64,000 nucleotides of DNA, taken from the NCBI GenBank assembly GCA_964610065.1, contig CAZSUO010000001.1:2874-66873 (forward strand), read 5' to 3'. Under the pieces are notes generated by a model. The model was not told the DNA's origin. It made no database searches and saw only the letters and a list, made by a program, of their open reading frames with translations. Below, piece by piece: positions 38,032 to 46,933 of this stretch. The position numbers and the translations under genes were made by a program. This DNA comes from an uncultured Coriobacteriaceae bacterium (lineage in GTDB: Bacteria; Actinomycetota; Coriobacteriia; Anaerosomatales; Anaerosomataceae). Every line of letters begins with the position of its first letter. Positions within the stretch are counted from its first letter, which is position 1.

Positions 38032-38059
38032 TAATGTCATAAGATACATTATCGGGCGT
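38032..38059 (-). other. Putative XerCD dif site
   Basis: ACGCCCGATAA-TGTATC-TTATGACATTA (11-6-11) in an AT-rich intergenic patch where gene orientation converges. Confidence 0.6.
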
Positions 38060-38236
38060 ACAGTACAAGCAGCACTTAGGGTGACCGAGGGGTCTCCCGG
38101 AGTTCAGGGCGTGTGCAGCCGCACGGATGGTCCGGTCATGGACTCAGCGGTGAGCGCGTGAGGCGCGCGGACGCCGTGCCGGTGTTCCCAGGGCACTGAC
38201 GGGTCAGGATACCGCTGACCCGATCCCGCAAGGCCC

Positions 38237-39496
38237 TCAGTCCGCGATGCGCGGTGTCCGCCATGTGCCGGGACCATGCGGCTTGAACCAGCCCGCCGGT
38301 GTGGACACCACGGTGATGATCGACATCTGGATCCAGTAGATCAGCGGATACAGCACCGCCCACGGGTAGAATCGCACGACCTCACGATCATAGCGACTAT
38401 CCATAAGAACGCCGGTACCCAGCTGGATAAGAGCGGCCGTGCCGATGACCATGCCCCACCACACGGGAAATGGCGTCGCACCGAGGAGCGGCACCCCGGC
38501 CAGCCACGTGACGATCCACATGATGGTGAGAATAAAGAAACAGTATGCCCAGAGTATCGATGCGGTGGCCTCGATGTACACCGGGAACAGACGGCGGTTC
38601 TTCCAGCTCTTCCATATGCGGAGATTGCGCCGAAGCACCTGCGCGAGTCCGCGAGCCCAGCGTGCGCGCTGGTTCCAGAGTGCGCGCACCGTCGGCGGTA
38701 CTTGCATGCGTACCATCGCCCTCGGCTCATACCTGACGTCGTAGTACTTCGCCTGCAACTCCCACGAAGTCGCGATGTCCTCGGTCGCGCAGTCGTGGAC
38801 GAACAGGCCGACGTCCTCGAGTGCGGACTTGCGGTACAGCGCCATGACTCCGGAGACGGTCATCACACGGCCCCAGACCACCTGTGCGCGTTTGAGCAGC
38901 GAGATGATCGAAGAGAACTCCACCGCCTGGATCTTACCGAGCAGCCGGTCCGTGTTCCGGACCCGGGGGTTGCCTGTGACTGCCGCGAGCCGTGGGTTGC
39001 GGACGAAGTGCGGCACCATCCAGCGAAGGGCGTCCGGGTCTGGTGTGGAGTCGGCATCGAGCACCATGATGAGCTCTCCATTGGCCAGAGTCATCGCGTC
39101 ATTCAGCGCCATAGCCTTGCCCTCGTTGATGCGCTTGTCGATGACCGTCAAGCGCTCGTCGTGGAGGAACGCGCTCGCCCGCTCCACGGTCTCGTCGGTC
39201 GAGCCATCACTTATGACGATCACCTGTATATTGGGATAGTCCAGCGCCAGCACGCCGGTGATCGTGCGGGTGATCATGTCGCCTTCGAAATGCGCAGGGA
39301 CGATGACCGTGACCGCAGGGAGATCGGCTTCGGCGATAGCGTAGTAGTCAAGATCGGACCGGCGCTCGCGTCTGAAGGCGAAGATCACCGCGGTCATCGC
39401 CCACATGATGGATGTGAACAACGGATACCAGGCGAAGAAGGCGGTGGCGATCAGGTAGACGGGGCTCTGGCCGAAGGTCTGAACGAGCTGCAGCAT
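38237..39496 (-). CDS. pgaC: Poly-beta-1,6-GlcNAc synthase-like GT2 (PgaC/IcaA family)
   Basis: DGSTD, GKAMALN, DAD, AVTGNPRVRN, TED, QRARW; C-terminal TMs. Confidence 0.85.
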   Translation of the reverse strand: MLQLVQTFGQSPVYLIATAFFAWYPLFTSIMWAMTAVIFAFRRERRSDLDYYAIAEADLPAVTVIVPAHFEGDMITRTITGVLALDYPNIQVIVISDGSTDETVERASAFLHDERLTVIDKRINEGKAMALNDAMTLANGELIMVLDADSTPDPDALRWMVPHFVRNPRLAAVTGNPRVRNTDRLLGKIQAVEFSSIISLLKRAQVVWGRVMTVSGVMALYRKSALEDVGLFVHDCATEDIATSWELQAKYYDVRYEPRAMVRMQVPPTVRALWNQRARWARGLAQVLRRNLRIWKSWKNRRLFPVYIEATASILWAYCFFILTIMWIVTWLAGVPLLGATPFPVWWGMVIGTAALIQLGTGVLMDSRYDREVVRFYPWAVLYPLIYWIQMSIITVVSTPAGWFKPHGPGTWRTPRIAD

Positions 39497-39879
39497 CAGG
39501 CGGACTCCAGAATGATGTGAGCGGTGCGGATGGTCTTGGTTCGGGCGCCACCCTCCCCTTCCACGTCAAGGACGATGAACCGGTCGCCGGCCGCGAACTC
39601 GTGACGGACGGGTAGTCCGCTGCTGTCGCGGTCGTACGGGTATTCGACAGCGCGGCTCGCACGCCTCGCACCCTTGCGACGCGAGACGCCGATATTCCAC
39701 CTGATCCACAGCATGGTGACAGCGATTACCACAACGTCGATGATCATGACGATCACAAGGCTTCTCAGCTGTGCCTCGCTCGGTCCGGCGAGAATGGCGT
39801 TGCACCACAGCCAAACGAAGACCAGCCAACCGAAGACGGCGAGCAGGATCTGGACGAGTTCATCTAAGGCACGCCTCAT
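39496..39879 (-). CDS. PgaD-like two-TM accessory membrane protein
   Basis: Two TMs followed by LWIRWN and a basic stretch (similar to PgaD WAxYN); TGATG coupling to the GT2. Confidence 0.55.
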   Translation of the reverse strand: MRRALDELVQILLAVFGWLVFVWLWCNAILAGPSEAQLRSLVIVMIIDVVVIAVTMLWIRWNIGVSRRKGARRASRAVEYPYDRDSSGLPVRHEFAAGDRFIVLDVEGEGGARTKTIRTAHIILESA

Positions 39880-39929
39880 GGAGTTCCCCCGAACGAGTTG
39901 CGACAAGCGATACCGTCTGCATCTTAAGA

Positions 39930-39945
39930 TGTGATAATTATCACA
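39930..39945. promoter_or_regulatory. Perfect palindrome TGTGATAATTATCACA (CRP/FNR-family or Rex-like operator)
   Basis: TGTGA-N6-TCACA, 50 bp upstream of the pgaD-like start. Confidence 0.6.
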
Positions 39946-39978
39946 AAACGCTGACGCGTGGAGACAGGGTACATGTGG

Positions 39979-40010
39979 AAGGGGCCGCGCGTCAAGCCGC
40001 GCGGCCCCTT
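39979..40010 (-). terminator. Terminator hairpin after uraA
   Basis: 13-bp stem AAGGGGCCGCGCG / CGCGCGGCCCCTT. Confidence 0.7.
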
Positions 40011-40035
40011 TATGGTGCGCTCGGAGAACCGGACG

Positions 40036-41337
40036 CTATGCGCCTGCGGCCTCTTCCTGCAGTTCGCCCGAGAAATCAGGCGAATCGACAGCAAGCCCCT
40101 TCGACTCCCTTGGCAGGATCAGGTTCAGGATGATGCCGAGGAACGTGGCGGTTGCCATTCCCGGGAGGACATAGTCGCCCAGTGGGATGGTAGTGCCGGT
40201 GGCCTCCATGCCAACACCGACCACGAGCACCACGCTCGAGAGGATGAGGTTCCTGCTGTGGCTGTAGTCGATGCCGCTCTCTACGAGCATCCGGAGTCCG
40301 GAGCTTGCGATCAGTCCGAACAGCAGCAGCGAGATGCCGCCCATGACCGGGACCGGAATCGACTGGATGAGGAACTTGAGCTTCGGCACGAAGCCACCGA
40401 TCACGAACGCGAACGCCCCCGCATACCAGAAGATCTGAGTCGCATAGACCTTTGTGACCGCCATGACGCCGATGTTCTCGGCGTAGGTGGTGGATGGCGA
40501 GCCGCCCACCATGGCCGAGAGGGCTGTGGCCAGCCCATCACCGGCGAGCGACTCGGGCAGGAGCGGTGTGAAGTCCTTGCCAACGATCTCCTGGACCACG
40601 AGCAGGTGACCGATATGCTCGATGATGACCACGAGCGCCACCGGCGCGATGATCAGGATCGCGCCGAGGTCCCACTCCGGGAACACCAGCGTGGGCAGGC
40701 CGACCCATGCGGCATCCAGTACCGGCTGGAACTGCACCATGCCCATGAACGCCGCGAACACATAGCCCACGATGATGCCCAGCAGCACGGGAATCGTGGA
40801 GAGGAACCCCTTGAAGTAGCTCGAGAACACGATGGCTGCTCCGAGCGTCACCAGTGCGACCAAGAGGTTCTTGATGTCGAACGCATCCCCTCCGCCCTTG
40901 AGGGCCATGCCTACGGCCGTACCGGCAAGCCCGAGTCCGATCACGATCACGACCGCGCCCACGAGCGCAGGCGGCAGGACCCGGTTGATCCATGCGCTGC
41001 CGACGGCCTTGATGATCAGGGCGACCACGACGTAGAGCAGGCCCGCAACGACCAGGCCGCCAAGCGCCGCGGGTATCCCTTTCGTCGCGGCAACGGCGAT
41101 GATCGGGCCGATGAAGGCGAACGATGACCCCAGGTAGCTCGGGATCTTGTTCTTGGTCAGGATCAGGTACAGGATCGTGCCCGCGCCGGAGGTCATGATC
41201 GCGAGCGACGGGTCGAGCCCGGTCAGGATCGGTACAAGCACCGTGGCGCCGAACATCGCCATGAGGTGCTGGAGCGCAAGCGGGATCGCCTGCAGTATAG
41301 GAAGCTTCTCGTCAGTCTGAATCGTGCGCTCTGCCAC
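40036..41337 (-). CDS. uraA: Uracil permease (NCS2/NAT)
   Basis: QHLMAMFGATVLVP, YLGSSFAFI, EHIGH, TTYAENIGV. Confidence 0.92.
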   Translation of the reverse strand: MAERTIQTDEKLPILQAIPLALQHLMAMFGATVLVPILTGLDPSLAIMTSGAGTILYLILTKNKIPSYLGSSFAFIGPIIAVAATKGIPAALGGLVVAGLLYVVVALIIKAVGSAWINRVLPPALVGAVVIVIGLGLAGTAVGMALKGGGDAFDIKNLLVALVTLGAAIVFSSYFKGFLSTIPVLLGIIVGYVFAAFMGMVQFQPVLDAAWVGLPTLVFPEWDLGAILIIAPVALVVIIEHIGHLLVVQEIVGKDFTPLLPESLAGDGLATALSAMVGGSPSTTYAENIGVMAVTKVYATQIFWYAGAFAFVIGGFVPKLKFLIQSIPVPVMGGISLLLFGLIASSGLRMLVESGIDYSHSRNLILSSVVLVVGVGMEATGTTIPLGDYVLPGMATATFLGIILNLILPRESKGLAVDSPDFSGELQEEAAGA

Positions 41338-41346
41338 GTGCGCCCC

Positions 41347-42696
41347 CTAGCCGATCGCAGCCTGGATGCTGGGCAGGACGAACGCGATCACGAACAGCAC
41401 GCTCGTGATGTACATCAGCCAGTGGATGTCCTTCGCCTTGCCGTGGAGCACCTTGATCAGCACGAAGCTGATGAAGCCGAGGCCGATGCCGTAGCTGATG
41501 TTGTACGTGAGCGGGATGCCGACGATCACCAAGAACGCCGGGAATGCGTTCTCGAAATCGTCCCAGGGGATCTCCTTGATGTTGGTCATCATCAGGAAGC
41601 CGACGACGATGAGCGCGCCAGCGGTTATGGAGGTCGAGCCGCCGATCATCGCGATCACCGGGGTGAAGAACACCGTCAGGGCGAAGAGCAGGCCGGTGAC
41701 AACCGACGTGAGGCCGGTGCGGCCACCTTCGGCGACACCCGCGGCCGACTCGACGTAGGTGGTGATGGAGCTGGCGCCGAAGAGGCCACCGACCGCAGCC
41801 GCGACCGAGTCGACTGCCAGGATGTTGCGGATTCCCGGCACCTTGCCGTCCTCGTCCACGAAGCCGGCCTGCTCGCCCACGGAGAGCACGGTTCCCATCG
41901 TGTCGAAGAAGTCGGTCAGCATGACCGCGAACACGAACAGAAGCAGGGTCGGAGTGAACACATGCAGCAGCGCGATCTTGCCGTCGACCTGCTGGAACGG
42001 CGCGAAGAACGTGCTGAAGTCAGGTGTTGCGACGATCTCCTTCGGGAGTTCGGTGACGCCGAAGACGAGAGCGGCCACTGCGGCGACCAGGATGCCCCAC
42101 AGGATGTCACCCTTCACCTTGAGCGCCATGAAGGCGAAGATCGCCACCAAGCCGATGAGGGTGACCCACACGGCCGGGTTGGCGAAGTCGCCAAGCTGCA
42201 CGAGGGTGGCGGGGTTGGCCGTCACGAGCCCGCCATCGACGAGACCGATGAACGTGATGAACAGGCCGATGCCAACGCCGATCGCCCGCTTCAGGTTGAT
42301 CGGGATGGCGTTCATGATGGCCTCACGCAGACCGGTCATCACCAGCAGCAGGATGATGATGCCCTCAACGAACACGACCGACATGCCGACCTGCCACGGT
42401 ACGCCGGCTCCCAGGATGATGCTGAACGCAACGACCGCGTTGAGACCCATGCCCGATGCGAGTGCGAGCGGGCGGTTGGCGATCAGTCCCATCGCGAGGC
42501 ACATCAGGGCAGCGCCGAGAGCGGTCGCGGTAGCCAATGCGGGGATCCACTCAGCGCCGGCGTCACCGAACGCCGCCGAGAGGATGCCCGGGTTCACGAA
42601 GATGATGTACGCCATCGTCATGAACGTCACAACGCCCGCGAGGATCTCAGTCTTCAGACTCGTCCCTCGCTCCTTGAACTTGAAGAAGGTATCCAT
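41347..42696 (-). CDS. AzgA/PbuG-type purine (adenine/guanine/hypoxanthine) permease
   Basis: TFMTMAYIIFVNP, GMGLNA, DFFDTMGT, YVESAAGVAEGGRTG. Confidence 0.92.
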   Translation of the reverse strand: MDTFFKFKERGTSLKTEILAGVVTFMTMAYIIFVNPGILSAAFGDAGAEWIPALATATALGAALMCLAMGLIANRPLALASGMGLNAVVAFSIILGAGVPWQVGMSVVFVEGIIILLLVMTGLREAIMNAIPINLKRAIGVGIGLFITFIGLVDGGLVTANPATLVQLGDFANPAVWVTLIGLVAIFAFMALKVKGDILWGILVAAVAALVFGVTELPKEIVATPDFSTFFAPFQQVDGKIALLHVFTPTLLLFVFAVMLTDFFDTMGTVLSVGEQAGFVDEDGKVPGIRNILAVDSVAAAVGGLFGASSITTYVESAAGVAEGGRTGLTSVVTGLLFALTVFFTPVIAMIGGSTSITAGALIVVGFLMMTNIKEIPWDDFENAFPAFLVIVGIPLTYNISYGIGLGFISFVLIKVLHGKAKDIHWLMYITSVLFVIAFVLPSIQAAIG

Positions 42697-42890
42697 AGCA
42701 TCAGCCTTTCGTAGTCATCGGTACTTGCGGGGTCGCTCCACAGGGCGGATCCGCCGCCGCCGGAGCAAGGCGTCATGCCGATGCGGCCATCCCCCCTCCC
42801 ACCGGTCCGGGGATGATCCGCTTCTGTGGATACAGGGGGACGGAGGGCACGCGCCTGAGGCGCCGAGTCCTCCCGGGATGGCGTCTGAGA

Positions 42891-43343
42891 TCACACACCG
42901 GTGCTGCCAAAGCCACGTTCACCTCGCTCGGTGGAGTCGAGCGTGGCGACTTCGACCAGATCCACGCGCGACACCTTCTGGACGACCAACTGGGCGATCT
43001 TGTCCCCCCGCTCGATGTGCACCGGTGTGCGGGGGTCGAGGTTGATGGCGACGAGCTTGATCTCGCCACGGTAGTGGCTGTCGATCAGCCCGGGGGTGTT
43101 GACGAAGGACAAGCCAGCGCGCAACGCGAGGCCGCTGCGTGGCTGCACGAAACCTGCGTGACCGGCGGGTATCGCAACCGCAAGGCCGGTGCGGACCAGT
43201 GCCCGCTCAAACGGCGCGAGAACGACAGCCTCCGCGGCGTAGAGATCGAGACCGGCGTCACCCTCGTGTGCGTAGGTTGGCAGCGGCAGATCCGGGTCGA
43301 GCCGGACGGCGGCGACGGTGAGCGGCGAGGTCGTGTCGGTCAT
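42891..43343 (-). CDS. dut: dUTP diphosphatase
   Basis: [38 protein letters not shown]. Confidence 0.96.
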   Translation of the reverse strand: MTDTTSPLTVAAVRLDPDLPLPTYAHEGDAGLDLYAAEAVVLAPFERALVRTGLAVAIPAGHAGFVQPRSGLALRAGLSFVNTPGLIDSHYRGEIKLVAINLDPRTPVHIERGDKIAQLVVQKVSRVDLVEVATLDSTERGERGFGSTGV

Positions 43344-43347
43344 CAGC

Positions 43348-43593
43348 CTAGTGCGCCAACACCGCGCGCAGGTCGGAGGCGCCTGGTGCCTGTCCGCGCC
43401 AGCCCGCGATCTCACGGCCGTAGGAGTCCAGGACCAGCAGGGAGGGCGTCGTATCAACGCGAAACGCCGATGCCTCGGCGAATCCACCGGGATCGGCGAT
43501 GTCATAGACGAACACATCCGCAACGCCATCCACCGCGCGCAAGGCGGCGGGACACTCAGGGCAGTCGTCCCGGATGAACAGCTTCACTTCCAC
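43348..43593 (-). CDS. Small thioredoxin/glutaredoxin-like redoxin (CPEC)
   Basis: KLF...CPECP, cis-Pro motif TTPSL; lies between nrdR and dut. Confidence 0.8.
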   Translation of the reverse strand: MEVKLFIRDDCPECPAALRAVDGVADVFVYDIADPGGFAEASAFRVDTTPSLLVLDSYGREIAGWRGQAPGASDLRAVLAH

Positions 43594-43608
43594 TCGGTAG
43601 CCCTTCGC

Positions 43609-44085
43609 CTAGTTCGCATCTGCCGCACGTCGTCGTTTGCCGCTCAGTCTCGTGAGTTCGGAGGTGAAACTGTCGAGGTCGTTGAACTCCTTGTACACCG
43701 AGGCGAACCTGATGTACGCGACCTTGTCGAGGTCCAGCAAGCGCATGAGCACCATGTCGCCAAGTCGCTTCGCCGGTATCTCATACTGCATCGCGTTGTG
43801 AAGGTCGGCCTCGATGTCGTCGATCAGAGCTTCGAGGGCACTGGGTGTGACCGGTCGCTTCGCGGTGGCCACGACAAGCCCCCTCAGGAGCTTCCCCCGA
43901 TCGAACGGCTCGGTCGAGCCATCCTTCTTCACCACCATGAGGGGCATCTCTTCACGACGCTCGTAGGTGGTGAACCGCTTCGAGCATTCGAGACATTCGC
44001 GCCGACGACGAATCGCGTCCTGGGACTCGGAGTCCCGGGAATCGACGACCTTGGTCTCGTTGTGGCCGCAGAACGGGCACTTCAT
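43609..44085 (-). CDS. nrdR: Transcriptional repressor NrdR
   Basis: MKCPFCG, RRRRECLECSKRFTTYE, ATP-cone VVKKDG, VAYIRFASVY. Confidence 0.97.
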   Translation of the reverse strand: MKCPFCGHNETKVVDSRDSESQDAIRRRRECLECSKRFTTYERREEMPLMVVKKDGSTEPFDRGKLLRGLVVATAKRPVTPSALEALIDDIEADLHNAMQYEIPAKRLGDMVLMRLLDLDKVAYIRFASVYKEFNDLDSFTSELTRLSGKRRRAADAN

Positions 44086-44093
44086 AAGGGTGT

Positions 44094-44145
44094 CCCCCAC
44101 ATCTTGGCTTGCGCAAAGACTAGCACACAAGATATAGGGCGACAA
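44094..44145 (-). promoter_or_regulatory. nrdR promoter with two tandem NrdR boxes
   Basis: Boxes CCCCCACATCTTGGCT (44094-44109) and ACACAAGATATAGGGC (44125-44140), 31 bp apart; TTGTCG(44145-44140)-N17-TAGTCT(44122-44117). Confidence 0.8.
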
Positions 44146-44268
44146 TGCGAATATGGGTCTGCCGGATGTGCGCGGACACGCCGCCCGAGTGGGTGCTCGA
44201 CGGTCACACCGAAACGGCATCCGCGACACGGGCCGAGCGGGGTCAACGGGGGGTGGGGCTACCGGGGC

Positions 44269-44721
44269 CTACCGGGATGCGATGGCGACCGCGGTGTCGA
44301 GCTGAGCGGGCACCCGCAGAACCTGACCCTCGTGGATCGTGGCGGACTGCAGGGAGTTCGACTCTCTGATCAGCGCGACGGTGTCAGCGGTGCTCAGACC
44401 CGGGATGGGATGGTCTTGCGCGAGCGCCCAGAGCGTCGCGGTCTTGGAGACGGTGACTGAAGCCCACGACTCAGGCTTCGGTGGCGCGGGCTCTGCTACC
44501 CGGGAAACCACGATGACCAGAGCGGCGCAGATGAGCAGCGTGATGAACACGAGTCTACAGAGGCGCTCGACATCGTATCGGCGGATCGGTGCGACGGCGC
44601 GATAGGCACGGGTCTTGGTCCCGTCGCTAGCCTGCGGCGCGCGTACGACGTGTGCGTGTGTACGCATGCTGCCATGGTCAGGCGAGCCGGGGTGCGTCTG
44701 GAGTGCGAGTGTCGCTGCCAT
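44269..44721 (-). CDS. SOS-inducible TM-LysM cell-division inhibitor (YneA/ChiZ-like)
   Basis: SD AAGGAGG; TM; LysM TLWALA...IHEGQVLRVP; divergent from lexA. Confidence 0.82.
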   Translation of the reverse strand: MAATLALQTHPGSPDHGSMRTHAHVVRAPQASDGTKTRAYRAVAPIRRYDVERLCRLVFITLLICAALVIVVSRVAEPAPPKPESWASVTVSKTATLWALAQDHPIPGLSTADTVALIRESNSLQSATIHEGQVLRVPAQLDTAVAIASR

Positions 44722-44785
44722 GGTGTCCTCCTTCGTGGTGTACGCGTCGACCCTAGCGCGCGGGTCTGACATCGAAGCGTGACCA

Positions 44786-44884
44786 CGAACATGTGTTCGT
44801 GTGACCATGATAGCGAACACGTGTTCGTTGCACAAGAGGTGATACGAACATGTGTTTGCACGGCGTAAGACCCTGTCGTACACT
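44786..44884. promoter_or_regulatory. Three LexA (SOS) boxes over the divergent lexA and lysM promoters
   Basis: CGAACATGTGTTCG 44786-44799, CGAACACGTGTTCG 44814-44827, CGAACATGTGTTTG 44845-44858; P-lexA TTGCAC-N17-TACACT; P-lysM TTGTGC-N17-TATCAT. Confidence 0.92.
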
Positions 44885-44925
44885 GGCGATGGACGAAGCG
44901 CCACGTTCATCTGAAGGGACGCCTG

Positions 44926-45558
44926 ATGGTCTACAAGCGTGAGCTCACATCACGGCAGCGGCAGATCCTCGACTTCATCAGGGCCGAGATCCATCGGCGT
45001 GGGTTCCCGCCGTCCGTACGCGAGATCGGTGAGGCCGTCGGTCTTTCCTCGTCTTCGACGGTGCACTCGCACCTCGCTGCGCTCGAGGCCAAGGGGCTTA
45101 TCCGTCGCGATCCGTCGAAGCCCCGCGCACTCGAGGTCCTCGACTACCGTGACACCGAACGCGCGGTCGACTACGAGAGCGTGCAGGCAGTGCCGCTGGT
45201 CGGCCAGGTGGCGGCTGGCTCTCCGATCCTCGCATCCGAGAACATCGAGGCCACGCTTCCCCTCCCCGCCTCGTTCGCGGGAGAGCATACATTCGTTCTG
45301 CGTGTGAAGGGCGAGAGCATGATCGAGGCCGGCATCCTCGACGGTGATTACGTGGTGGTAAGACAGCAGCCCACTGCGACCAACGGTGAGATCGTGGTGG
45401 CCATGCTGAACGAGGAAGCCACCGTTAAACGGTTCTACCGCGAGTCGGGCCGAGTTCGTCTGCAGCCGGAGAACCGGACGATGGAGCCGATCTACGCCGA
45501 TGAGCATGCCGACTTCGCGATACTTGGTAAGGTCGTCGCACTCTTCAGGCGCCTGTAG
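44926..45558 (+). CDS. lexA: LexA repressor
   Basis: [24 protein letters not shown] cleavage site, GESM (Ser), TVKRF (Lys). Confidence 0.97.
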   Translation: MVYKRELTSRQRQILDFIRAEIHRRGFPPSVREIGEAVGLSSSSTVHSHLAALEAKGLIRRDPSKPRALEVLDYRDTERAVDYESVQAVPLVGQVAAGSPILASENIEATLPLPASFAGEHTFVLRVKGESMIEAGILDGDYVVVRQQPTATNGEIVVAMLNEEATVKRFYRESGRVRLQPENRTMEPIYADEHADFAILGKVVALFRRL

Positions 45559-45598
45559 CAGCCCTCCCTGTGGGATGGCCCACACCGGGCCGCGGATG

Positions 45599-46915
45599 CT
45601 ATCGCTCCCACTCCTCTGGCTCGTCGGCGACCGGCGGCAGGAACTCGGCGAGTCGACCGCGAACGGCCTCTGAGGCGACCACGGTCAATCGCGTGCCCTC
45701 CGGCAGGTGCTCCTCCGCGAGGATGTGCGCCTGCTCGTGCGCGAGCTGCACCAACTCTCCCCTGTCATACGGCACCGTCACAGTGAGCGGGACGTCGCTT
45801 TGCGCGGCGATCGTGGCGATGCGCTCCAGGAGCCCGTCCAGGCCCTCGCCTGTGGCCGCCGCAACGACGACCGCCCCGGGCTGCTGTGCAAGCCGCTGGC
45901 GCTCGAGCACCGGCAGCAGGTCAGCCTTGTTGTAGACCACGAGCTGCGGCCTGTCTGCGGCGCCGATCTCTTCGAGAACCACCTTCACCGCACCCATCTG
46001 CGCATCACGGTTCGGGTGTGAGCCGTCCACGATATGGAGCAGCAGATCCGCCTCTCGGACCTCATCGAGCGTGGACTTGAACGCCTCGACGAGGCCGTGA
46101 GGCAGCTTGTTGATGAAGCCCACCGTATCGGTCAGCGTCACCGATCGCCCGTCAGGCAGATCGAGGCGCCGGGTCGTGGCATCAAGGGTGGCGAAGAGTT
46201 GGTCCTGGGCGAGAACGCCCGCGTCGGTGAGCGCGTTGAGAAGCGTTGACTTCCCAGCGTTGGTGTAGCCCACGAGCGCGATACGGAACACTCCAGAGCG
46301 TCCTCTTGCCGCGCGCTGCGTCTCACGTGCCCGCGCGACCTGCTTGAGGTCACGCTTCAACTCCGAGATGCGCTTGCGGGTCAGACGGCGGTCGGTCTCC
46401 AGCTGGGATTCGCCGGCGCCGAACCTGGCGCCGCGACCGCCTCCGAGCCGCTCGGCCTCAAGGTGGCCCCACATACCGCGCAGCCTGGGGAGCACGTACT
46501 CCAGGCGCGCCAACTCGACCTGGAGTTTGCCCTCATGGCTCACCGCGTGCTGCGCGAATATGTCGAGGATCAGCTGGGTGCGGTCGATGACACGGACGTC
46601 GGGTAGCAACCCCTCGAGGTTCGCCTGCTGGCTGGGAGTGAGGTCGTCGTCGAAGATGACCGTCGTCGCACGCTCGGAGGTGGCCAGCTCCTCGACCTCC
46701 TCGGCCTTGCCCGCGCCGATGAACGTACGAGGGTTCGGCCGCTCGAGCCGCTGCGTGACCGTGCCGACGACGGTGGCGCCAGCGGTGTCCACGAGACGGT
46801 TAAGCTCGGCGAGATCGTCCTCGAGGGTCCAGCCATCCGAGCGCGGACGGTCGATACCCACGAGCACGGCCCGTTCCTCTGTGTCGGTGATGACCTCGTA
46901 TGCGTTACGCACCAT
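45599..46915 (-). CDS. hflX: GTPase HflX
   Basis: DRTQLILDIF, GYTNAGKST, LFATLD, DTVGF, NKAD. Confidence 0.96.
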   Translation of the reverse strand: MVRNAYEVITDTEERAVLVGIDRPRSDGWTLEDDLAELNRLVDTAGATVVGTVTQRLERPNPRTFIGAGKAEEVEELATSERATTVIFDDDLTPSQQANLEGLLPDVRVIDRTQLILDIFAQHAVSHEGKLQVELARLEYVLPRLRGMWGHLEAERLGGGRGARFGAGESQLETDRRLTRKRISELKRDLKQVARARETQRAARGRSGVFRIALVGYTNAGKSTLLNALTDAGVLAQDQLFATLDATTRRLDLPDGRSVTLTDTVGFINKLPHGLVEAFKSTLDEVREADLLLHIVDGSHPNRDAQMGAVKVVLEEIGAADRPQLVVYNKADLLPVLERQRLAQQPGAVVVAAATGEGLDGLLERIATIAAQSDVPLTVTVPYDRGELVQLAHEQAHILAEEHLPEGTRLTVVASEAVRGRLAEFLPPVADEPEEWER

Positions 46916-46933
46916 GCGTGCGGCGATCTCCTT

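Noticed and set aside
38060..38236. Possible sRNA made of several small hairpins right of the dif-like site
   Set aside because: Short GC stems; the best one (38200-38222) is explained as the pgaC terminator; no convincing promoter
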